Of a stretch of 64,000 nt of DNA, positions 9,387 through 19,456 are shown in pieces. The DNA comes from Candidatus Bathyarchaeota archaeon. Its GTDB lineage: Archaea; Thermoproteota; Bathyarchaeia; 40CM-2-53-6. The stretch spans positions 1 to 64,000 of the forward strand of contig CAVPLU010000009.1 of NCBI GenBank assembly GCA_963706285.1, read 5' to 3'. Positions within the stretch are counted from its first letter, which is position 1, and every line of letters starts with the position of its first letter. The notes beneath the pieces are model-generated. The model did no database searches. It was not told the DNA's origin and saw only the letters and a list, made by a program, of their open reading frames with translations. The position numbers and the translations under genes are program-made.

Positions 9387-9824
9387 TTATTCGCTTAGTG
9401 CGCGGTCAGTGTTGCGCAGTCGACGGACGAACTCCTGTAGCATTTTGACTGCGATTCTAGGTCGCTCCGATATGAGCGATTTGAAGGACCAAGCGGAAAG
9501 AAACAAAACTCGTGATGGTTCAATGGCTACAACGTCAGCTGATCTAGGCTGAGCGTCCACGACGGACATTTCCCCAAAGAATTGTCCGGGACCGAGTCTT
9601 GAGAGGGTATTTCCATTTGATCTAATCTCTACAGCGCCGTCCAAGACAAGGTAGAATCCGGCTCCTTCTTCTCCCTTCCTGACGATGGTGTCTCCGCTCT
9701 CAAACTTGTGCTGCTTGGCCATCTTTACGATCGCCTTGAAGTCTTGCTTGCCTATCCCAGACCATAGAGGCGACCTCTCGAGCATATCGATAACGGCATC
9801 ATTTTCCGAGCTCAGAAGTTTCAT
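9387..9824 (-). CDS. Stand-alone cyclic-nucleotide-binding domain protein (paralog of 7298-7735)
   Basis: FFGEMSVVDAQPRSADVVA; collinear similarity to the paralog. Confidence 0.9.
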   Translation of the reverse strand: MKLLSSENDAVIDMLERSPLWSGIGKQDFKAIVKMAKQHKFESGDTIVRKGEEGAGFYLVLDGAVEIRSNGNTLSRLGPGQFFGEMSVVDAQPRSADVVAIEPSRVLFLSAWSFKSLISERPRIAVKMLQEFVRRLRNTDRALSE

Positions 9825-9916
9825 CTTTCTAATCTCACGAACTTCAAATCTACTTGTCCTTTAATGTTTGCGACCAGGTGGAAGAATGAACGGATTCCGG
9901 AACGCATTCTCGTCTT

Positions 9917-11242
9917 TCATACTTCCGATGCTTCTTTTCGTCTGCGCTTCAGAAGTGGAATTGGCATTGCGATGAAACCTACGGCCATCAACGCGAAGTA
10001 TGCAACCGACGCAAGATCGACGACAATGTAGGGGCTTCTTGCCTGCAAGATTCTCCCGATGGCGCTGAGTGCGTCTGACGCCATATACTGGAATATGATA
10101 AGAGTCTGGTAGGCAAGGAAGAGGGCAAATGCGATAGATAGCACTGCAAACCAAGTTAGGAAGGCTCTCTTTCTGGGTTCAAATTTCTCTTCAACAGATC
10201 CTTTGCTTCCAAGGAATCTCGATCTTAGATGATCGAAAGCCTCCTTTCTCAGGTTCGGTATGTCGGCAAAGTCCATTAACGCATAATACCCGTCCGTCTC
10301 GATTAGAGGGACGAAGTTCCATAGCGTCCAATAGAAGCAGAAGAAGCCCATCATCTTGAGGATTTGACTCGGCCAAATCAGATTGGAGAGAACTAGGATC
10401 GAACCTGCTAAGAGCGTGGATAGTGGTCCGGAAAGTGAAACCATTATCCTCATCTTCTTCGGAAGCACCCACGTGTCGCTCGTGTCCACATAGAACATGG
10501 GACCGAAATAGTACAAACCCGTACCAACCTCTCCCGGCATCACATCCCACAATCCCCCATAGTATGCCAATGTCGCCCCGTGCGCGATCTCGTGAACCGC
10601 TAAGACAGGGAAAAGAAGCAGATAGTAGTAGAACATACCCACAATCGACGAGCCTAGGATCTCGAAATTCGCCCTGCTGAAGAGAATCGACAAGAAATCA
10701 GATGCAAGAAGTACCGTGCCTACAACAATCAGAATCAGAGTAGTCCACAGCCCAACACCTTGTACGAATAGTCTTACCAATCTCCTCAAGCCTAGGAAGA
10801 ATTGAGAGTTCCCCCACGTGATCGTGAAATCCAACTCGAACGCTGAAACGAACCTCAGACGCTTCGACGAAACAGCCTCAGGCTCCGTTCCGGCCAAGAG
10901 GCCTTCGTCGCCTAGGAAGGAGATAGCATCACGGACGGTCTCGTAAGACGTCTCAAACTTGTCCTTAGTCTCGTCTACTATTTGGTTGACCGTATGTTCG
11001 CCGTCGAGCATCCACCAAATGGTAACCGTGTGGAAGTCGACGTTGTACTCTTCGCCTGTAATCTTACTCTTGAGGACGTACGGTACGCCGCTGGCGGGGT
11101 CTCCTCCCATCAGCGAGGCGTGAGAGGATCGCATGGGTTTGTAGGTTCGGTCTTCCTGTACTCGATGCAGGATATCCTCTCTCGACCCTAGCAATTCAGA
11201 AGACACTCTTCCAGACCCGTTGCTGTTCGGATACGTTGTCAT
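9917..11242 (-). CDS. PqqD/RRE-like domain + M50 membrane zinc metalloprotease
   Basis: N-terminal IWWMLDGEHTVNQIV...VRDAISFLGDEGLL (PqqD-like); HEIAH and NFVPLIETDGY M50 motifs; multiple TM helices. Confidence 0.85.
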   Translation of the reverse strand: MTTYPNSNGSGRVSSELLGSREDILHRVQEDRTYKPMRSSHASLMGGDPASGVPYVLKSKITGEEYNVDFHTVTIWWMLDGEHTVNQIVDETKDKFETSYETVRDAISFLGDEGLLAGTEPEAVSSKRLRFVSAFELDFTITWGNSQFFLGLRRLVRLFVQGVGLWTTLILIVVGTVLLASDFLSILFSRANFEILGSSIVGMFYYYLLLFPVLAVHEIAHGATLAYYGGLWDVMPGEVGTGLYYFGPMFYVDTSDTWVLPKKMRIMVSLSGPLSTLLAGSILVLSNLIWPSQILKMMGFFCFYWTLWNFVPLIETDGYYALMDFADIPNLRKEAFDHLRSRFLGSKGSVEEKFEPRKRAFLTWFAVLSIAFALFLAYQTLIIFQYMASDALSAIGRILQARSPYIVVDLASVAYFALMAVGFIAMPIPLLKRRRKEASEV

Positions 11243-11308
11243 ATCGAACTCTCACGATTGTGACGTTGGCGAGTTTGAATCATCGCTTGTGGATATGACG
11301 GTCACACG

Positions 11309-11336
11309 AAAAAACGAGGGCGGAGCTGTTCCCTGC
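11309..11336 (-). terminator. Putative terminator after the peptide ORF
   Basis: Minus strand AGGG-N10-CCCT-CG-TTTTTT just after the TAG at 11339. Confidence 0.4.
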
Positions 11337-11338
11337 AC

Positions 11339-11442
11339 CTATTGGGGCGCTCCGCACACCCAAGCTGTGGTGCCTATTTGGGATGCAGTAGCACAGTCTT
11401 GCTTTTTCGCTTATGCAACTTCGAGATCTTTGGCTTAGCCAA
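11339..11442 (-). CDS. Putative 34-aa precursor peptide (needs one extra base in an A5 run)
   Basis: GGAGG ribosome-binding site, TTG start; reconstructed MAKPKISKLHKRKKQDCATASQIGTTAWVCGAPQ; TATA-like TTATAT upstream; directly 5' of the RRE-protease. Confidence 0.5.
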
Positions 11443-11705
11443 ACATTTTCGCCTCCTATTCTATCTCTAACACATACCCTAGGCGTACGAGCGGATATAA
11501 GATACGTTCACGTCGTTACCGTAAGTGCTACGATGTTAGACAACGTGGAAAAATGATGGATGAGTTTGGTCGACCGAACTGAATAGAATCTCCTTGAAGG
11601 CGTACTCCTTTTCAAACTCAAGTTGCGTCGGATTCGGATCAAGATCCAGTGTCTTTCTTAAACGGTTTTATCTTCGCATGAGCTCGAACACCTAGGGACC
11701 TCGGG

Positions 11706-13652
11706 TTGCCAGAGGACGGGCGTAGACTCGCTGCGATAATGTTCACTGACATGGTAGGCTACACCGCCCTTGGGCAGAGGAACGAATCGCTTTCGCTAGC
11801 CTTGGTTGAGGAACAGCGGAAGTTGATCAGGCCTATCCTCAGCAGGCATAACGGCAGGGAAGTCAAGACCATCGGGGACGCCTTCCTGGTCGAGTTTCCT
11901 AGCGCTTTGGACGGTGTGAGGTGCGCCTACGACATTCAAAGAGCGGCGCGTGAGTACAACATCTCAGCCCCCACCGAACAGAGAATCCACCTCCGGGTGG
12001 GGGTCCACCTCGGAGACGTCGTAGAATCCCAGGGCGACATCTCTGGGGATGCCGTGAACGTGGCTTCCAGGATAGAGCCGCTGGCGGAAGACGGAGGCGT
12101 GTGCATCACCCGGCAGGTCTTTGACCATGTACAGAACAAGTTCGAGCTGCCGCTCGTGAGCCTTGGGGCCAAGTCTCTGAAGAATGTGAGCGTGCCGATG
12201 GAAGTGTTCAGGATGGTGATGCCCTGGGAAGCGGAGAAAGCCACTTCTTCGTCTCAACTGGACAAGAGGCGGATTGCAGTCCTGCCTTTCGCAAACCTGA
12301 GTTCTGACCCTGAGGAGGGGTACTTTGCCGACGGAATGACCGAGGAGCTGATCACATCGCTTTCAGGGGTGAGGCAGTTGACAGTCATCGCAAGAACGTC
12401 CGTCATGAAGTACAAGGGATCCCAGAAGGGCGCATCGGAGGTGGGAAAGGAGCTGAACGTCGGCACCCTGATTGAAGGCAGCGTTAGAAAGGCAGGCAAC
12501 AGGGTGAGGATAACTGCGCAACTCATCGACACATCAACGGAGGGTCACCTTTGGGCTCAGAACTACGACAGGCAGTTGGAGGACGTCTTTGCGATCCAGT
12601 CAGAGATTGCTGAGAAGGTGGCCGGGGAGCTTAGGATTCGGCTGGTGGACTCCGAGAAGCGCGTGATCGAGAAGAAGGCTACAGAGAACACGGAGGCGTA
12701 CACATACTTCCTGCGGGGCAGAGAGCTGACTCGAGAGCAGACCGAACCCTCGCTTAGGAAGGCAGTCGGCCTCTTTGAAAGGGCCGTGGAGCTTGACCCT
12801 TATTTCGCGAAGGCGTACCTGGGACTAGCTGAATGCTTCATTACCCTCGCAAATGACGCTTACGAACCCTATGAGAAGTCAGTTCCCAAAGCGGAGCTGT
12901 CCGTGAAGAAGGCGCTTGAGCTGGACTCGGATCTGGCCGAAGCCTTGGCAGCACTCGCTATGATCCATTTTCTTGAGGACGATATAGTGGCTAGCGAAAC
13001 CGAAGCCAGGCGGGCGATCGAGTTGAGCCCTAGCATCCCCGAAGCGTACTACATTCTATCCAATGTAGCCTTACTGAAGGGGGATAGAGACGAGGGAATC
13101 AAAGCTGCCGAGGCCGCCTACCATTTGGACCCTGTCAGGCCACGATATGTTGAGAGGCTCGGGTGCCTCTATTTCTACATGGGAAGGGAAAGCGAGGCGC
13201 TACAGTTCTGGGAGAAGACGGCCGAGCTGGCTCCGGCCGGAACCTACAGGGACATGACCGAGTACTACATGTTCAAGGGCGACCACGAGAAGGCGAAGGA
13301 GTACTTCTCGATGGCCGAGAAGCTGGAGCCCACCAATTCTTGGGTGGCTTGGATGAAGGGATTTATTGCAGCACAGACGGGGGACAGGAACACCGCTTTG
13401 CAGGCCATCCGGAAAATCGAGGAAAAGTGGAGTGGTTCCCTGGACCTCAATAGCATCGGGTTCATCCACTACGCCTTGGGCGACTTGGATTCCTACTTTA
13501 CATACATGAACAGGGCTTCAGACCAACACTTGCTTCAATACGTATACCCGATGTACTGTCCGCTCTTTGCCAAGGGAAGAACCGACCCAAGGTATCAGGG
13601 GCTCCTGGACAAGCTCAGAGAAACGTTCGAGCGGGAAACGAAGTCAAGTTGA
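11706..13652 (+). CDS. Class III adenylate cyclase - TolB-like - TPR protein
   Basis: IMFTDMVGYT, VKTIGDAF, DISGDAVNVASRIE; IAVLPFANLS...YFADGMTEELI; TPR repeats. Confidence 0.92.
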   Translation: MPEDGRRLAAIMFTDMVGYTALGQRNESLSLALVEEQRKLIRPILSRHNGREVKTIGDAFLVEFPSALDGVRCAYDIQRAAREYNISAPTEQRIHLRVGVHLGDVVESQGDISGDAVNVASRIEPLAEDGGVCITRQVFDHVQNKFELPLVSLGAKSLKNVSVPMEVFRMVMPWEAEKATSSSQLDKRRIAVLPFANLSSDPEEGYFADGMTEELITSLSGVRQLTVIARTSVMKYKGSQKGASEVGKELNVGTLIEGSVRKAGNRVRITAQLIDTSTEGHLWAQNYDRQLEDVFAIQSEIAEKVAGELRIRLVDSEKRVIEKKATENTEAYTYFLRGRELTREQTEPSLRKAVGLFERAVELDPYFAKAYLGLAECFITLANDAYEPYEKSVPKAELSVKKALELDSDLAEALAALAMIHFLEDDIVASETEARRAIELSPSIPEAYYILSNVALLKGDRDEGIKAAEAAYHLDPVRPRYVERLGCLYFYMGRESEALQFWEKTAELAPAGTYRDMTEYYMFKGDHEKAKEYFSMAEKLEPTNSWVAWMKGFIAAQTGDRNTALQAIRKIEEKWSGSLDLNSIGFIHYALGDLDSYFTYMNRASDQHLLQYVYPMYCPLFAKGRTDPRYQGLLDKLRETFERETKSS

Positions 13653-14031
13653 TCGGCGGGCCCTCGGTGATTGATGCAGGTCTTGAGGCAAAGATGAATT
13701 GCGGTTGCCGGCATACCCGCCCGCGTCAGTCTTTCGTGAGCTACCAAACTTGAGCCGTTGCCCGGGGTAAACGATACTGGTAAACTGGTGCACGAATCCC
13801 TCCGCACTTCACACGGTAGGGTTGTTGGATGCGCTTTTCGCGATCGAAACAAAGACCCCAATCGAAAGCGGATTCGATTCTGCAGCCGATGTTGACAGCA
13901 TGAAATTGTTCAGGGAACGGAAGTAGGCTGCGTGTGACGAACGTATCGCTTAAGAATCTAGCGAGCGGTTGTTCTAGTGTGCGGGTTCACTGCTTTCTGC
14001 GTCTATTGGAGCGCCAAAGAGGGAGGGGAAG

Positions 14032-15977
14032 ATGAGCGGCGAGGAGAGAAGGCTGGCAGTCGTTATGTTCACGGATGTTGTTGGCTACAGTTCTCTGACT
14101 CAGAAGAACGAGCGGCTAGCACTTGAGCTGCTTGAGGAGCATAGGAAGATAGTTCGCCCAATAGTCGCCCGCCACAATGGTCGCGAGATAAAGACGATGG
14201 GTGACGCTTTCCTCATAGAATTTGGAAGCGCTCTCGAAGCAACACAATGCGCGATAGACATACAGAAGACGCTTCACGAACATAATCAAATTCAGGGGTC
14301 GAGAGAGGCATTCACCTCAGGATCGGAATTCACCTCGGCGACGTAGAACAGCGGCAGAGCGACGTTCTCGGAGATGCGGTCAACATTGCGTCGAGAATCG
14401 AGCCGTTGGCCGAGTCAGATGGGATCTGCATATCCGAGCAGGTCTACGATCAGGTCAGAAACAAGATCGACTGCCCAATCGAGAATCTTGGAGCGCGTCA
14501 ACTGAAGAACATAGACTACCCGATTGACGTGCATAGGATTAGATGGAATACGGACGAGGCCGCTACAATGAGCCTAGACAGAAAGCGAGTTGCCGTACTA
14601 CCATTCCTGAATATCAGCCCTGACCCAAACGACGCATACTTCGCGGACGGACTTACCGAGGAAATGATAGCGAGGCTTTCGACGGTTAGCGGGCTCAAGG
14701 TGATCGCTCGAACATCTGTAATGCGGTATAGAGGCACAGCCAAGAGCGTACGCGAGATAGGGAAAGAACTGACGTGTGGCTCAGTGCTTGAGGGAAGCGT
14801 CCGTAAGGCTGCAGACAGACTTCGAGTCACCGCACAACTCATTGATGCTACGACCGAGGAGCACCTTTGGGTACAGAATTATGATAGAGAGCTTGAGGAT
14901 GTCTTTGCGATTCAGACGGAGGTTGCGGAAAATGTGGCTGACGCTCTGAGGACGCAGCTACTGGACGAGGAAAGGCAACGGATTGAGAAGAAGCCTACCG
15001 GAGACATCGGTGCCTACACGTTCTATTTGAAGGGCAGATACTACTGGAACGAGAGAAACAGAGAATCACTGGAGAGAGCAATCAAATACTTTGAGGAAGC
15101 CATAAAGAGAGAGCCAGAGTCTGCACTGGCCTACTCAGGAATCGCTGACTCCTATATCGCGTTGGTGGATCATGAATACACCGCTCGGAGCGAGGGTTAC
15201 GCGAAGGCTAAGAGCGCGGCGACAAGAGCGCTTGAGCTTGATGATACACTGGCTGAAGCTCACACATCGCTCGGCAACACTCTGGCTTACGAATGGGATT
15301 GGGCCGGAGCTGAAGAGGAGTTCGCTAAGGCTCTCAGAAGCAATCCCAACTACGCGACAGCCCATCATTGGTACTCCATCCTCCTCGCATACCTTGGACG
15401 ACTGGACGAAGCAATCAAGGAATTGAAGATCGCAGAGGAACTTGATCCTCTCTCGCCAATGATACATGCGTACGGGGCTCTCGTCTACCTTGCCGCTAGA
15501 CAGTACGACATCGCAATGAAAGAGATTGACACAGCGTTGGAACTTGATCCGAATTTCGTGCCAGCACATGGCAATCGTATTGATGTCTATCTGGCGAAAT
15601 CAATGTACAAGGAGGCTCTGGCAGAAGCGGAGCTAGTGCTGCCCTTTTTGCAACCACTCTCAACCGCCTTGAAGGCAGAAGTCGGAGCCTATTATGCAAG
15701 GATAGGCCGGATTGAAGAGGCGAAGCAGCTTTTGCGGGAATGCGAAGAAGCTTCTGCTCATGAGCGTACTGAAGATTTGAACCCTCAATATTTAGCGATC
15801 ATTCATTGGAAGTTGGGTAACAAGGATCGAGCTTTTGAATGGCTTGAGAAAGCGTTCGAAGCCCGCACAGTCACTCCTTTCTGGGTCAGACTTTTCCCGT
15901 TCTTTGATGAACTAACCTCTGATCCTAGGTTTGATGAGCTCTTGAAGAAGTTCGTCCGCTCACTTGGCGGCACATGA
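14032..15977 (+). CDS. Second class III adenylate cyclase - TolB-like - TPR protein (frameshift near 14300)
   Basis: [10 protein letters not shown] and IKTMGDAF, then in the shifted frame [12 protein letters not shown]...[11 protein letters not shown] joining ORF 14406-15977. Confidence 0.9.
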
Positions 15978-15982
15978 GAGTA

Positions 15983-16018
15983 GTTGTGTGCGCACCAAGG
16001 GATACACATAACAACCCC
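15983..16018 (+). repeat. Hairpin variant of the dispersed repeat
   Basis: GTTGTGTGCGCACCAAGGGATACACATAACAACCCC, a few bases after the cyclase stop. Confidence 0.7.
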
Positions 16019-16157
16019 GTCACTCGCTCCCGTCCAGCTGTTCCCAATCCACGGGTTCGTTTTGACAACTGGGAAGATGGTATTGCCGACTCTCGTAAGT
16101 GTAATAAATGACTTATCATGCCATTTCTTGTTATATTCTAAGGGGGTTTTGAGCTAG

Positions 16158-16301
16158 ATGATTCGCTCAGCGAGGTTGTTTGCAGTTGCGATATTTCTGA
16201 TATTGACTGCGATCTTGCTCCCAAGTGAGGTGGCTGCCCCTCAGGTAGGCATGCTTGACCAACAACAATCAGCGAAATTCTCGTTTCTGAATGAGCCTTG
16301 A
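16158..16301 (+). pseudogene. Orphan N-terminus (signal peptide) of a secreted protein
   Basis: MIRSARLFAVAIFLILTAILLPSEVAAPQVGMLDQQQ... ends after 47 aa; TTATA and GGGGG upstream. Confidence 0.5.
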
Positions 16302-17100
16302 TGAGCGGGCGAGCAAAATGGTTGTTGTAAGACTGAGACGCCTTGAATGTATCAGAACAAAATTGGGAGAGCAAACGGAGGAACCATACCTAATCATACG
16401 TGCTGATGACGCGCCTCCTGCTACATGGGGACCAGTCTCTATGAGAGATGGCGATACCGTAACAATAGAGTGGGGTGAAATAGAAGGAGATAGGGTTGGC
16501 ATTTTTCTTCTTGAATCTGACACTCCGGCTCGACATGATGATGGTGTGGTGTACGCAGTTGATGATGATCTCGGCGGAGTAGCATTATTGCCCGAAGGCG
16601 CAATAGAAATACCCGACGAGACGTTCGCACATGAAGGTTCATACGAAGTTTTCTTACCATATCGTCGCGGAATGACCGGGGGAATGGTGAGTCCGAGAAG
16701 ATACAAACTATACTTTGACTTACTGTTCAGCCGGGATAGCGCACTGCCCAGTATGCCGTATTCTCTGGAGCTGGTCTCTCTTCAATGCAATGATGCCCAG
16801 GAATATGCAGATCACGTGTTCATTAAGGTAAATGGTGAGAGGGTATGGGAGCCTCATCGGATGAGGACAGGGGACACGTTAGCTATCAATCCTGAGCGCC
16901 CTATCCCAATCCGGGGTGGTGCGATGATCACGTTATGGGAAGAAGATTCAAGCACCAGAAGTGATTTCTTTGGAGAATTCAGGCTCCAGGTTGGAGAGGA
17001 TTTCGATTTCGACCATGATCACCCTCATACGTTTTCCCGCGACCGCGGTATCGTTGGGGATGCAAGGTATACCCTCACATACAGAGTCAGAAGAAACTAG
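16291..17100 (+). CDS. Hypothetical protein with an internally duplicated beta-rich domain
   Basis: LRRLECIRT...WGPVSMRDGDT...YKLYFD versus LVSLQCNDA...WEPHRMRTGDT...YTLTYR. Confidence 0.75.
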   Translation: MSLDERASKMVVVRLRRLECIRTKLGEQTEEPYLIIRADDAPPATWGPVSMRDGDTVTIEWGEIEGDRVGIFLLESDTPARHDDGVVYAVDDDLGGVALLPEGAIEIPDETFAHEGSYEVFLPYRRGMTGGMVSPRRYKLYFDLLFSRDSALPSMPYSLELVSLQCNDAQEYADHVFIKVNGERVWEPHRMRTGDTLAINPERPIPIRGGAMITLWEEDSSTRSDFFGEFRLQVGEDFDFDHDHPHTFSRDRGIVGDARYTLTYRVRRN

Positions 17101-17136
17101 CACGCGCTAGATTCCAGGTAATCATCGTCGATTGGC

Positions 17137-17218
17137 TTGTGACGAGCATCCAGAATTGAACTCACGCCAAAGGGTAGCTCTCGATGGTGGTGGGTCTCTT
17201 GGTGCGCACCACCACCAT
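17137..17218 (-). repeat. Degenerate tRNA-3'-like copy plus hairpin variant
   Basis: 17137-17163 TTGTGACGAGCATCCAGAATTGAACTC; 17184-17218 has a 10-bp inverted repeat ATGGTGGTGG/CCACCACCAT around TCTCTTGGTGCGCA. Confidence 0.75.
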
Positions 17219-17407
17219 ACCATGCAAACGAACCCTGGTGGGAGACGTGGAAGTCCACGTGTAACGCACTAGGGAGGGAAGTGCAGAAACCAAGATGCCT
17301 CATATGCCCGTCTACCGCATCCTTGTTCATCGATGACGGTATCGGCAAAGTCGTGCATTGTATCACAAATCATAAGAGCTTGCACGCAGAAATGCCGCAA
17401 TAAGAGA

Positions 17408-18932
17408 ATGAACTTGATGCCTTCTATGAGCTCTAGGCGTAGACATGCGTGCTCCATGCTGCTTGTGGTAGTAGTTGTCGCATCGATCATAAGCCTTACA
17501 CAAGTGGAAGCGGCAACAATCACTGAGTGGACGATACCCACATCGAGCTCAGATCCACAGGGTATTTCTGTTTCGGGTGGTTTGGTCTACTTCGCCGAGA
17601 CTGCTGGCAATAAGATTGGTCGCTTGGATCCTGCGACGGGTGTTTTTGCTGAATGGGCCACACCCGCCGGCGACAGTCCATTAGGCATCTTTGTTTCCGG
17701 TGGCGTGGTTTACTTCACCGAGTCCAACAATAAGATTGGTCGTTTGGATCCTGCGACGGGGGTGTTTACTGAATGGACCGTGCCCACAGCCAACTCACAG
17801 CCATACGCTATTTTTGTTTCCGGTGGCCTAGTCTACTTCGCCGAGCTTAGCGGGCTCGGCAATAAGATTGGTCGTTTGGATCCTGCGACAGGGGTTTTCA
17901 TTGAATGGACCATACCCGCGGGCGGCTCAGAGCCGAGATCTATCGCTGTTTATCCAGATCCTGGTGGGTTGGTCTACTTCACCGAGCAGAACACTAACAG
18001 GATTGGTCGTTTGGATCCTGCGACGGGGGTTTTCACTGAATGGACCGTGCCTACGGCCAGCTCACAGCCATGGGGTATCTCTGTTGATAGTGGCTTGGTT
18101 TACTTCACCGAGGAGTTCGGCAGTAAGATTGGGCGTTTGGATCCTGCGACGGGCGTTTTCACTGAATGGACGATACCCACGGCCAGCTCGTTTCCAGTTG
18201 GTATTTTTGTTTTTGGTGGCTTGGTCTACTTCGCCGAGGGCGGCAACAAGATTGGGCGTTTGAATCCTGCCACGGGGGCTTTCATTGAATGGGCCATACC
18301 CACGGCCATCTCATTTCCATCTCACATCGTCGTTGACAGTGGCTTGGTCTACTTCACCGAGTTTGGCGGTAGTAAGATTGGTCGTTTGAGTGATATTGGA
18401 ACTGGCACCACGACTTTTACGAGTCTGGTCATGGGCTCAGCGTCGACTACCAGTCTAGTGTCGACTGCTTCAGGCATTGCTCTCCGCACGACTGACTACT
18501 ACGAGCGCGACGGCCATCACGACATCTGTGAGTGTCTCGACCACCAGCGTCACGACCTCACTGCCGGATGTTTTCTTAAACCCGTTCAGCAGGACTACAG
18601 TGTCATCCGTAACGAGGACTACGATCATTGGTGCCACCAGTACAACGACAGTCAGCTCCGCCACGTTCGGTTCAAGCACGGTCGGAACCGCTACCGTGAC
18701 CTCGTTGGCGACTTCCACGACTACTTCTGGGGGCACCGTTGTAGAGTCCGTCTCTGAGACCGATACCGTGTACGCTTATCTGTTTTTGATCCTCGGAAGG
18801 CTTGTTGTGCCTGTTGGCGGCTTCGTGGAATCCGTTGACAAGCAAGCGGTGCTTTCGCCGTGGCTCGCCATGATCGGCATCGTCGGTTGTGTGGTAGCGC
18901 TGGTTATGGTCGCACGGAGACGACGATCCTAA
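17408..18932 (+). CDS. Secreted Vgb-lyase-like beta-propeller with Ser/Thr linker and C-terminal anchor (frameshift near 18480)
   Basis: Signal peptide; about 7 repeats of GLVYF(A/T)E..NKIGRLDPATGVFTEWT; S/T-rich tail, VGG motif, TM helix, RRRR. Confidence 0.85.
17575..18390 (+). repeat. Coding tandem repeat, unit about 120 bp
   Basis: AAGATTGG(T/G)CGTTTGGATCCTGCGACGGG recurs once per propeller blade. Confidence 0.85.
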
Positions 18933-19070
18933 GATAGTGCAGGGACGCGTGGTTCCACACAACCACGAGAGCTTTTCTCCACATTATGATGGATACTGAA
19001 TGGATTGTCGCTGTAAGCCCGGCGTTGGAGATTTCACAAGGTAGTCTTGCCATGGGGAACTCTTCTGCCT

Positions 19071-19232
19071 TCACGCTATGGCTGACGGAGGTCTAGCTGA
19101 AGGCTCGTATGCTACGTACGTATTTTCGGCTACGCCTAGCAGTTCTGTCTCTTCAATCTCACCAGCTTCTTTCCCAATGTAACGTATTTGGCGTTTCTGG
19201 ATGTGGATGTGCCTTCTCTTCATCTTTCCCAT
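19071..19232 (-). pseudogene. Probable C-terminal remnant of a casposon-type family B DNA polymerase
   Basis: GKMKRRHIHIQKRQIRYIGKEAGEIEETELLGVAENTYVAY resembles, from memory, the GxxxR(R/K)HI...YIGKE...I(E/D)E tail of casposon PolB; no search run. Confidence 0.55.
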
Positions 19233-19278
19233 TGTGTGTGTGGTACACTTGGTGCGAGCGCCCGAATTTGAACTGTCG
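19231..19278 (-). repeat. tRNA-3'-like repeat copy
   Basis: 44 of 48 nt identical to 4093-4140 by manual alignment. Confidence 0.92.
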
Positions 19279-19456
19279 CCTTGTGGGTCTGCGTCAATAG
19301 TGCCACACATTCATGGTAGACGATGATCCGCGCCCCGGCGTTGATGAGAACCCTCAAACCGGCACCTCTTTCCCGGAGGGCGGCACCTCTTTGCAGAGTC
19401 TCTGGAGTCAGATTCCGATTCGATACTATTAACCGAGGGACAAGAGGATAGGATGG

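Noticed and set aside
7827-11242. PQQ biosynthesis cluster (PqqB-like MBL + PqqD)
   Set aside because: No PqqC or PqqE, the peptide lacks the ExxxY motif, and the MBL looks RNase Z-like
17575-18390. Non-coding repeat array or DGR template/variable repeats
   Set aside because: The repeats are in-frame propeller blades; differences are not adenine-specific and there is no reverse transcriptase
19359-19393. Direct repeat CGGCACCTCTTT x2
   Set aside because: Isolated 12-bp duplication with no interpretable context
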